A stretch of 64,000 nucleotides of DNA from Mobula hypostoma (taxonomy: Eukaryota). The notes beneath the pieces are model-generated. The model was not told the origin of the DNA and ran no database searches. It saw only the letters and a list, made by a program, of their open reading frames with translations. Both the position numbers and the translations under genes were made by a program. How positions within the stretch are numbered: the stretch's first letter is position 1; each line of letters begins with the position of its first letter. Below, piece after piece: positions 43,501-55,500 of this stretch. The stretch is from assembly GCF_963921235.1 (NCBI RefSeq), contig NC_086097.1:180298001-180362000 (forward strand), read 5' to 3'.

Positions 43501-46500
43501 ACAATTCGCGGCTGCCTTCACCACGCGATGCAGGTCTTGTCGCTCAGTGGCTGTGCGGCTAACATACCACACTGTGGTGCTGTTGGTCAGGATGGTTTCA
43601 ATTGTGCTTCTGTAGGAGTTAAGCAACAGCTTTGGTGGGAGTTTGGCCTGTTTCAGCTTTCTGAGGAAGAGGAATCTTTGTTGTGCCTTTTTTTTTTACA
43701 AGCAGTGAGGTGTTGGTGGTCCATGTCAGCTGTTTTGACAACATAACTCCAAGAAACTTTAGGTTTTCCACACTTTCCACTACCTCTCCATGTATATGGG
43801 GGGGGGTGTACTCTGTCCTTTGATCTCCTGAAGTCAATGATCATCTCTGTTGTTTTAGAAGTGTTAAGGACCAGGTCGTTGTCCTTACACCATTCCGTCA
43901 GATGATCTACCTCAAGCCTGTAGGCTGTTTCATCCTCATCCGAGATCAGGCCAACCACCGTGGTATCGTCCGCAAAGTTAGTTATGGAGTTAGAGGTGTA
44001 GATGGGGGTGCAGTCGTGTGTGAAGAGTGTATAGAGCATAGGGCTCAGCACACAGCCCCGCAGGGTGCCTATTTTTAAGATGAGGGTGGTGGAGGTGTGC
44101 TTACCAATTCTGACTTGCTGTGGTCGGTCTGTGAGAAAGTCCATGACCCATGAGCATAGGGAGGAACCAAGGCCAAGAGTGTTCAGTTCGCTGACCAGTT
44201 TATGGGGGATGACTGTGTTAAATGCAGAACTGAAATCCACAAATAACATCCTCACATAAGTGTTAGGTTCCTCTAAGTGAGTCAGAGCAATATGGAGGGC
44301 TGTTGTGATTGCATCCTCTGTGGAGCGGTTTGCCCGATAGGCAAACTGGCATTTGTCCAGATCAGGTGGGATTATAGCCTTCATGTGTGAGAGCACAAGT
44401 CTCTCAAAGCACTTCATGGCTAAGGGTGTCAGCGCTACAGGGCGATAGTCATTCAGGCACTTCACAGCTGATTTTTTGGGCACTGGGATGATGGTGGAGG
44501 TTTTAAGGCATGTTGGAACAACAGCTTGTTGCAGTGAGAGGATAAATATACTTGTAAACACCTCAGCAAGCTGGTTGGCACATGCTTTCAGTACCTGGCC
44601 GGGCACTCCATCTGGGCCAGCTGCCTTACTCGCATTCTCTTTCCTCAGGGTGGATCTCACCTGATGTTGCTTAAGGACCAGTGTGGACTCATCGTCAGGT
44701 GGGTTGATGAGTTGAGCAGCCTCCCCCCTCTGAGTATCAAAGCGGGCAAAGAACTGGTGTAGGACATCAGGCAGTGTGGCCTCATCATCTGGCAGCAGAT
44801 TATTGGTTTTGTAGTCTGTCAGTGCCTTGATGCCTTTCCACATACTGCGGGGATGATTTTCTTTATTTTCTTTTTCAATCTTTTTATTGGTTTCATAATG
44901 GTAAACATAATATTGATACAAAGTTATTGGGATTACATTGTTATAATTAACATATTTAAATATAAACCCAGTTGACACATGGGTATTAAACCTCCCAATC
45001 ATACAGGATACAAATATAATATACATTAAAAAAAAGAGAAAAAAAATCATGAAAAAGGAAAAAAATATATAAAAATATACCCCAAAAGAAAAAACTAGCC
45101 TAAACAATGTTAACCAACAGTGCTTCACTGTAGGCTTGTTTGTCTCCTGACCTAAAGGCTGCATCGCGCTCCCTGAGTAGTGCCCTCACATTGCTGTTAA
45201 TCCATGGCTTTTGATTGGGAAACACCTTAATTGTCTTTTGTATTATTACATTTTCTGTGCAAAACTTAATATATCCTAGGACTGAACCAGCATATTCCTC
45301 CAGGTCTGCTCCCTTTGCAAACAAGCTCCAATCTGTGTTGTCAAAACAGTCCTGCAGCATTGAGGTGGCTTCCTCAGACCACACATGTACTGTCTTGATA
45401 GTTGGTTTTACTCTGCAGATCCGTGGTCTGTAAGCTGGGGTCAGTGTGAGGGTGATACGGTCCGATTGTCCTAGGTGTGCAGATGGGGTCGCTTTGAATG
45501 CTCCTGGAATACTTGTGTAGACTTGGTCTAGTATGTTATTTTCTCGTGTCGGGAAATTCACATTTTTGTAAAATTTGGGCATGACCAGTTTAAGATCAGT
45601 GTGACTGAAGTCCCCTGCTACAGTGATCACTCTGTCCGGGTGAGCCATGAACTGTTTGTTGGCGCTATCATGTAGCTTTTCCAATGCTAACTTAGCTTTA
45701 GCTTGCGGGGGAACGTATACAGCCATAATTATTATCATCGTGAATTCCCTCGGGAGAAAGAACGGTCTACACTTTACCGCAAAAGGAGCTCCAAGTCCAT
45801 GCAGCAGTGTTTATTCACAATGTTCACGGCTGTGCACCAATTATTGTTTACATAGACACACAGTCCTCCTCCCCTGCTCTCCCCGAGTCCTTCGTGCGGT
45901 TGGCCCTATGACCAGTGAGTTTATTCTGAATGCTCTGGTTTCCTCCCACATATCAAAGACGTGTGGGTTAGTAATTTATGGGCATGCTATGCTGGCACTG
46001 AAAGAATGGCAACACTTGCAAGCTGCCCCCAGCACATCCTCAGCCAGTGTTGGTCATTGACGCAGATGGGGCATTTCACTAATGTAAATGTGACAAATAA
46101 AGCTAATCTTTACCTGCATGGACAAGGATCCTGGCCATGTTGCTGAGGATCCTGTGCTCATCAGTGTGGCCCGTCTCCCTCGCCAGGCTGAATGCCCTGC
46201 TGATGTACTTGTAGGCCTGGTCGTAGCAGCCCTTCATGTCCAGCACGGTGGCCAGGTCATTCAGCAGTACCACTGCCTGTCAGACAGAGTGAGACACAGG
46301 GGAGAGGGAGTCAAAAGCAGGGACATCAATACCCACAAAATTCTGGAGGAACCTAGCAGGTCAGGCAGCATCTATGGAGGGGAATGAACAGTTGATGTTT
46401 TGGGCCGAGACCCCACAGCAACACTTCACCCAACCGGCAACACAATCAATGACCCAACATTGGGGCAGCACAGTAACACCGTGGTTAGCATAATGCTCTG

Positions 46501-49500
46501 ACAGCGCCAGCAACCACTGCTGTGTGTAAAAGGTTTGTACATTCTCCCTATATCTGCATAGGTTTCCTCCGGGTGCTCTGGCTTCCTTCCCCGTTCCAAA
46601 GGCATATGGGTTAGTAAGTCAATGGGTGTAATTGGGCTGGAAGGGACTGTTACTGGGCTGTATCTCTGAATAAAAATTTAAAAATAAACAGCATCCACAC
46701 AAATCTGATCCTGGCAGCATCTTTGTATTTTAGTTTAATAACATCTTTCACCTGTCTTCACTGAATATCAGGTCCCTATGAATGAATTCTCATCCTTGAT
46801 CATCCTGAAACCACATCTTGATAAATTGCAACTATATCACACTTATTTTACTTTTTGTATGATTAATTCATCTACCTTATCAGACATTTCATGAAAAACA
46901 GTCCATGGACTCTGATCACACTTCTCATTGCCTTGATAATCAAGACCCCACCCACCCCCGACATTCTCTCCTTCCCCCTCCCATCAGACAGAAGATATAC
47001 TGGCCCTAAAGTACTTATCACAAGGCTCCAGGACAACTTCTGTCCTGCTATTATAAGACTATTGACCAGTCTGATGAGATAGACTCGACTTCACAATCTA
47101 CCTTCTCATTGCCATGCACCTTATTGCCTGACTGCAGTGCACTTTCGCTGTAACCATAACACTTTATTCTACATTCTATTTTCCTTTGTAGTACCTGAAA
47201 TAACTGAAATGATCCGCATGGATGGCATGCAAAGTGTTTCACTGTACCTCAGAACATGTGACAGTAATAAATCAATGTATCAATTCATTGTAATACTCTA
47301 CATATTGAGACACAGAACCATGCCCCTTGAACAGGGTTAGTCCTCCTTGCATTAGTCACACTGTAACCCCAGGTGTTCCTCCTGTGACTTCCACTGTGTT
47401 TTGTTTTGATCCTTAGCTTCTCCTCCTTGGTCTTCTCGTCCTTTTTCCACTCATTTATATCCTCCCACCAGCTCTGGGTCATAACCACAAAATGGTACTG
47501 AACCCCTTTCGCCACACACCTCATCACAGAAAAAAAAGCAAGATCCCATAAACCTTAAGTCCGGCACTTCTCCGTCACCACAACTCATAACAATGCTGCC
47601 TGGATGTAACTTATCATACCTGTACACATCCCACCTCTCCAAGAACCGCTCACATTGCTCCAACATCTAAATCCCTCTCTCCTGCATGCCCATTTCACAT
47701 TCAGCTGGTGTACTCTGTTCCTGTACCACATTGCAAGGAGACAGAGGGAGAGAAAGAGAGAAATCTCTCCAGCATTGTACAGATCGATTCATTGACTGGT
47801 TGGCTGACCATATAATCCTAATAAAGTAGCTTATTTTATAACTGTTAACATGTGCAAAGTGTTTTTGTTTGCAAATACCTCTTGCTGCTGGTTCAGGAAA
47901 GAACAAGGAAAGAACTTAAATATTTTGATACTCACATACACTGGATATGGGAAGTAATCCCAAGATTCTGAACTTTTCAATTTATCTCCCAACTTTAAAT
48001 GCACATTGTAGGACCTGCTCCCTCTCCCCACCCTCAGGTATCATTGACACTCCCTATCTAGAGCCACTCTGACAAATGCATGGACCTGGCATCAGAGAGA
48101 CAATATCCTATTATGGAATAAAAACAATCAATACTGATAATACTCAGCAGGTCAAGCAGTATCTGTGAGAAGACAAACAGACGCAAAGGCCCTTCAGAAC
48201 TGGGTTTGAACCTCTGAGTATTTTCAGCATCTTCTGGTTTTATTATAGATTTCCGGCATCTGCCAGAGGAAGAGGTTTGAGTTTGAGGCAGATACTGAAA
48301 CATTATTTAACAACATGGACAGGTACATGAATAGGAAAGGTTCAGCCAAACACAGGCATATGGGACTAGCTTAGATGGCAATTTTGGATGACATGAACGA
48401 ACTATCATTGGAGTGGGTTGGAGGTCCTGGACCCCTTATTTCATGCTGTATGACTCTGTGACTTAAACCATACTTTTATGTTCACCTGGTAAGAGGCCAT
48501 GATAATTGGTAAATTGGTGAAAACTTGCCTTGCATGCCATCCACACAGATCATTTTAACACTTCAGTACATTGAGGTAATACACAGGAAAACAATAACAG
48601 GACGCAATATAAACCACAAGAAATTCTGCAGGTACCGGGATTGCAAAGCTACACAAAATGCTGGAGGAACATGGCAGGCCAAGCAGCATCCATGGAAATG
48701 AACAAACAGTTGACGTTTCAGGCTGAGATAGGACTTAATAAAGTGTTACAGTTACAGAGAAAGTGCAGGCAGACAATAATGTACAAGGTCATTACAGGTA
48801 GGTTTTGAGCTCGAGTTCATATTATCATACTAGGGAATGATAATTCAATAGATCTAACAGCTGGACAGAAGCTTGGTAGTACATGTTTACAGATTTTGTG
48901 TCTTCCACTCAATGGGAAGAGCGAAGATGAGAATATCTGTCCAGGGTGGTTGGGGTCTTTGATAATGTTGGCTGCTTTACTGAGGCAATGAGAAGTGTAG
49001 ACACATGGAGGGAAGGCTGGTTTCTGTGAGGTCCTGAGCTGTGTCCACATCTCTCTGCAGCACACACCCTTTGCCCTTACAACCAAGACCCTCACCCCAG
49101 ACTTTTTCCTCCTCTCTTAAGCCACAACTCTGGCAGTTGCTGCTTTGTCCCAGGGACCCATCTGCCCAGCAGTGTCCAATGCTGTGTGTCTGTTGCAGGG
49201 GTCTCCTGTCCTACCTGCCTGTACCTACTTCCTCTGCCTGGTGCTCACCCATCATTGCAGTGTCTTAAGAGCCATCTCTCATGGTGTGGCTACCTTCAGT
49301 AAACTATCCACATGTCCTCAGCACGCAGGTGATAGGGACTAGGTAAGTGTGGGGACAGGAAGTACTGTAGGTGAGCTGGAGGTGGCACAGAAAAGACTCA
49401 CACAGAGTTGCCGGGCTTGAGTTATAAGGAGAGACTGGAGTGTGGATGGACTGGGACTATTTTCCCTGGAGAGAAGGAGGCTGAGGAGTGACCTTATAGA

Positions 49501-52500
49501 GGTTTAGAGAGGGGCTATATAGTGGATGGTCATGAACAATGTAAGTAGATAGGACTAGCTCAAATAGACATTGGTCAACATGGACGCTGGGACGAAGGAC
49601 CTGCTTCCACGCTACATAACACAATGGGGACCTTTATGGGAGTGGCATCAATGCGCGGGCTGGGGAGAGCACGGAGGGGGCAGCTAGTTGCTGGAAGAGC
49701 CCCTCACCTGTGGGTGTGCCTCGCCGTGCACATCCTGAGCAATGGTTAGCGCCTTCTGGTACAGAGTGGTGGCCAGCTCTAACTGTCCCCGGCTTAGCAG
49801 GTAGCGAGCGCAGGAGTCCTGGGCCATGGCCAGCAGCAGACGTGTGTTCTCCCGCTCCTCTGCTGAACACAGCAAACAGAGCCGTCACTCCAACAACGCC
49901 AGGCATGTCACCCCACCCCGATTCCCCCTCCCCTGGTACCCACCCCATCAACAACGGCCCAACACCCCTGATACCCACCCCATCAACAATGCCCCAACCC
50001 TAAAATTCACCTCTACATCACTTCCCTTACCCACCTGGCAACCCTGATCCCTTCCCCACCCCCACGACCCACAACCCGAACCCTGATCCCTTCCCCACCC
50101 CCACGACCCACAACCCCACCAACCCTGATCCCTTCCCCACCCCCACGACCCACAATCCCACCAACCCTGATCCCTTCCCCACCCCCACGACCCACAACCC
50201 CCCTCAACCCTGATCCCTTCCCCACCCCCACGACCCACAACCCCACCAACCCTGATCCCTTCCCCACCCCCACGACCCACAACCCCACCAGCATCTCTGT
50301 CACCTTGATCAGACCCCCAAAACCACCTCCCCCCACAGCAGGCTTGGGCAAGCACAGGCAGAGGCTCTAAGAAAAAAAGTTAACAAGTTTCCAGTAAGTT
50401 TTTTTTCCTGTTAGTACATAGCTAGTGCACTGAGAATGGATCTACAAGTAGTGGTATGCTCCTCATGTGAGATGTGGAAAATTGGTGAGACCTCCTGTCT
50501 CCCTGATAACTACATCCGCTCAGAATGCATCGAACAGCAGCTCCTTAGAGGCCCTGTTAAGGAACTGGAGCTGCAGCTAAATAACCTTTGGGAAACTGAG
50601 ATAATAGATAGGAGCTATGGGGAGATAGTCACCTGTCAGTTGCGGGAGGGAGGTCCTGTGGGTGATTGTCAGGAGAGGAAAGGAGAAGGTGAACAGCCAG
50701 AAGTTATGGTACATATCAGTACCAATAACATAGCTAGGAAATGGGAAGGGGTCCTGAAGAGAGAATATAGTGAATTAGGCGTAAGCTAAAAATCAGGACC
50801 TCCGGGGAGTAAACTCTGGACTGGGACTGTGCCACAAGCCAGTGAGGGTAAGAATAGGATGATTTGGCAGGTGAATGTACGGCTGAGGAACTGGTGCAGT
50901 CAGCAGCATTTTGGATTTCTGGATGATTTGGATCCCTTCAAGAGAAGGTATGATCTGTACAAAAAGGACACCTGAACCCAAGGGGGACCAAATCCTTACC
51001 AAGTTGTTGGGAAGGGTTTAAACTAATTTGGTAGGAGGATGGAAACCAGAGTGATAGGGCTGACAATAGGGCAGTTGGTGCACAACTAGATACAATGTGT
51101 TGTGAGACTGTAAAGGACAAGCAGGTGGAAGGGCAAAATTGCAGTCAGTGGGATGAGTTAAAATATAACGGGGGGCCAAAATCAAAAAGGGTGATGAATA
51201 CAGGGCTGAAGATGTTATATTTGAATGCACACAGTATACGGAATAGATAGATGATCTTGTGAGGCAGTTAGAGATAGGCAGGTAGGATGTTGTGGGCATC
51301 TACATCGTGGCTGAAAGATCATACCTCGGAGCTTAACATCCAAGGATACATATTGTATCAAAAGGATAGGCAGACAGGTGGAGTGGGGGGGTGACTCTAT
51401 TGATATAAAAAAATTGAAATCAAATCCTTGGAAAGAGGTAATATAGGATTGGAAGATGTAGAATTCTTGTGGGCAGAGTTAAGAAACTGCAAGGGTAAAT
51501 GAAGACCCTGATGGTAGTTATATAAAGGTATCTGAACAGTAGCCAGGATGTGGGCTACAAATTACAAGGGGAGAAAGGGAAATGTTGTTTTAATCATGGG
51601 GGATTTCAATATGTAAGTAGATTGTGAAAATCCGGTCAGTACTGGTTCCAAGAGAGGGAATTTGTAGAATGCCTATGAGATGGCTTTTTTGAGCAACTTG
51701 TAGTTGAGCTCACTAGGGGAAAGGCAATTCTGGATTGGGTGGTGTGCAATGACCCAGATTTGATTAGGAAGCTTAAAAGAACTTTTCAGAGGCATTCACC
51801 ATAGAATTCACCCTGCAGTTTGAGAAGGAGAAGTTAAAGTCAGATGTACCAGTTTTACAGCAGAGTAAAGGGAATTATAAGGGCATGAGAGAGAAGCTGG
51901 TGAATGTTGATTGGAAAGGGATGACAACAGAACAGTAATGGCTGGTGTTTACGGGGGAAATTCAGAAAGTGCAGGAAAGATACATCCCAAAGATGAAGAT
52001 GTATTCTAAAGGGAGGATGAGGCAACCGTGGCTTTCAAGGGAATCAAAAGACAGCATAAGAGCAAAAGGAAGGACATATAATAGAGCAAAAATTAGTGGC
52101 AAGGTAGAGGATTGGGAAGCTTTTAAAAACCAACAGAAGACAACTAAAAAAGCCATAGAGAAAAGATACGAAGGTAAGCTAGCCAATAACATAAAAGAGG
52201 ATATTAAAAGTTTTTTTCAGATATATCAAGAGTAAAAGAGAGAAGAAAGTAGATATTGGATGACTGGAAAATGATGCTGAAGAGGTAGTAATGGGAGACC
52301 AAGAAATGGTGGAGGAACTTAATAAGTATTTAACATTAGTCTTCACTGCGGAAGACACTAGCAGAATGCAAGGACTGCAAGTGTCGGGGGAAGAAATAAG
52401 TGCAGCTGCTATTATTAAGGAGAAGGTGCTTGAGAAACTGAAAAGCATGAAGGTAGTTGAATCATCCGGACCAGATGGACTACACTTCAGGGTTCTGAAA

Positions 52501-55500
52501 GAGGTAGCTGAAGAGATTGTGGAGGAATTAGTCATGATCCTTCAAGAATTATTAGATTCTGGAATGGTTCCTGAGGACTGGAAAATTGCAAATGCCACTC
52601 TATTCTTTAAGAAGGGAGGCAGGCAGAAGAAAGGAAATTACAGGTCAGTTAGACTGACTTCAGTGGTTATCATCACTATTATTATTTCTTTTTGCATTTG
52701 TACAGGCCATTTTCTTTTGCACATTGGTTGTTTGTCCATCCTGTTGGGGTGATCTTTCATTGTGTTTCCTTTATTTACTGTGAATGCCTGCAAGAAAATG
52801 AATCTTAGTGTTGTATATGGTGACATATATGTACTTTGATAACAAATTTACTTTGAGTTTTGAACTTTATAAGGCTTTGGTCAGACTGTGTAGTTTTGGA
52901 TCTCATATCCAAAAAAGGAAGTCCTGGCATCAGAAAGGGTCCAGAGGAAGTTCATAATTCCAAGAATGAAAGGGTATGTATGAGGAGCACTTGACGGACC
53001 TTCTTCAAGTACATGGTTGGCAAATGGTGTAGTGGCATCTGCACTGGACTTCGAGGCGAGTGGTCCTGGGTTCCAATCTCGCTGGTTCCTTGCACACTTT
53101 CCATCCGTGCTGGGTTGGTTTGCTTCATAAAAAAAACAGACAAATGCCAAGTAAATGGCAAGGTCATTGCCCGATGCGCTACAAGGTGCGGAGAGGAACA
53201 ATGACAACTCCAAGTACGTAACGTATATGTCATCATACACAACCCTGAGATTGATTTTCTTGCCTGGATGGTAGGGATCCCTGATGGATGCTGAGTTTAT
53301 GTGACAGAGTTCCAAGTAGATGTGCTCAGAGGTGGGGAAGGGCTTTATGCATGATGGACCAGCCACATCCACTACTTTTTCTGGAGGCTTTTCTGTTCAA
53401 AGGCATTGGTGTTTCCATACTAGATCGTGATGCAACCAGTCAATGTATTCTCCACCATACATCTATAGAAGTTTGTCAAGTTTTAGATGACTTGCCAAAT
53501 CTTTGCAAACTTCTAAGAAAGTACAAGCGCTGCCACTCTTTCTTTGTAATGGCATTTACGTGATGGGCCCAGGACAGATCCTCTGAAATGATAACACCGA
53601 GGAAAGCATAGAGGTGCTGAACCTCTCCACCTCTGATTCCCCCCGACGAGAACTGGCTCACAAACCTCCGGTTTCTTCCTCCTGAAGTCAATATATCAGC
53701 TCCTTGGTCTTGCTGACATTGAGTGAGAGGTTGTTCTTATGGCACCACTCAGCCAGATTTTCAGCCTCTCTCCTAAAGGCTGATTTGTGATGTCATCAGC
53801 AAACTTAAATATGACATTGGAGCTGTACTTAGCCGCACAGTCGTAAGTATAAAACGAGTACACCAAGTTGCAAAGCACACAGCCTTGTGGTGCACCTGTG
53901 CTTGGAGATTGTGGAGATGTTGTTACCAATCTGAAATGACTGGAGTCTTCAAATGAGGAAATCAAAGATTTAGTTGCACAAGGAGGTATTAAGGCCAATG
54001 TCCTGAAGATGGACATTAGTTTTGAGGGTATGATAAGATTGAATACAGAGCTGTAGTCGATGAAGAGCATTCTTTTGTATGCATCTTTGCTGTTCAGATG
54101 TTCCATCGGCATTACATCCTTGCTTTTATATTCTAGTCTCTCAATGAGAAGGAACCGGAAGCTCAAGATGAATTGAGCATGCATACCCAGTGAAACAGTC
54201 ACCTGGTCTATTCTTAACTTCACCAGTATTTCATCAACCCCACGATGTGGTCTCCTCTGCCCAATGTAGACCAGACAACCAGAGTATCTGTCCAAGACTG
54301 CCCTCTAGAGCTTCCCTTCTCACCCCCACACCAACCCATCTGTCCTCGTACTTCTCTGTTGCTACAGAGGCCAAATGCAAACTGGTAAAACAACATCTGT
54401 TATCCTATTTTGGTAGTCTAAGGGTACAAACACTGAACTGACAGATAGAACACAGTGTAGGGAAGTGCATGATCATACAATATGATAGAAGGATTAAAGG
54501 CATAGACTATTTTCTCAAGGGGAAAGGATTTCAGAAATCAAAAGTGCAAAGGGACTTGGGAGTCCTAGTGGAAGATTCCCAAAAGATTAACTTACAGGTT
54601 AAGTCAGTAGTAAGGAAGGCAAATGCAATGTTAGCATTCATTTCGAGAGGACTAGGAAGTTAAAAGCAAAAATGTAATCTGAGGGTTCATATGATGTAGG
54701 TCAGACCACATTTGGATTATTGTGAGCAGTTTTGAGCCCCATATCTATGAAAGAATATACTGGGATTAGAGAGGGTCCTGAGAAAGTTCACAAGAATGAA
54801 AGGGTTAACATTTGAGGAGTGTTTGATGGATCTAACCCTGTACTTTCTGGCATTAAGAAGAAAGAGGGGAACGTATTGAAACCTATCAAATATTGAAAGG
54901 CCTAGATAGAGTGAACGTGGAGAAGATGTTTCCTAAAGTGGTATCCTCTAGGACCAGATGGCACAGCCTCAGAATGGAAAGATGTCCCTTTAAAACAGAT
55001 ACGAGAAGGAATTTCTTTAGCCAAAAGGTCGTGAATCTGTTAAATTCATTGCCACAGATGGCTGTGAAAGCCAAATCATTGGGTATATTTAAAGCAGAGG
55101 TTGGTTAGTAATGGTGTAAACATTATCGGTAGAAGTCAGGAGATTGGGGTTGAGAGGGAAAATAAATCAGCTGTCATCAAATGGTGGAGAGACTCGATGG
55201 GCTGAAAGGAGTAGAATTAGACCAACATCTTATGGTATTTTCCGATTCTGTTTAACATGAGGAGATATTGAGTTGCCTGGGACTATATTCACTGGAATTT
55301 AGAAGAATGGGAGGGGATCTTATAGAAACTTATAAAACTATGAAAGGGATAAATAGGACAGAGGCAGGAAAGTTGCTTCTACTGGCAGGTGAGACCAGAA
55401 TTAAGGAACATAGCTTTAAGATTTGGGGGAGAGGGATAGATTTGGAACAGAGATGAGGAGAAATTGTTTTTCTCTGTGGAATTCTCCACCCAGGGAAGGA

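Noticed and set aside
47340..48050. Non-repeat-looking stretch with short ORFs in TTC19 intron 8 (possible solo LTR or nested gene)
   Set aside because: No second copy, termini, TSD or protein similarity that I can support.
49948..50355. Gly/Trp/Val-rich repetitive ORFs
   Set aside because: They are translations of the G-rich minisatellite, and the unit lengths (39, 42, 43) break frame.
53013..53090. tRNA-Arg(TCG)-like gene
   Set aside because: The acceptor stem does not pair well, and it continues into a SINE body with tail and TSD.
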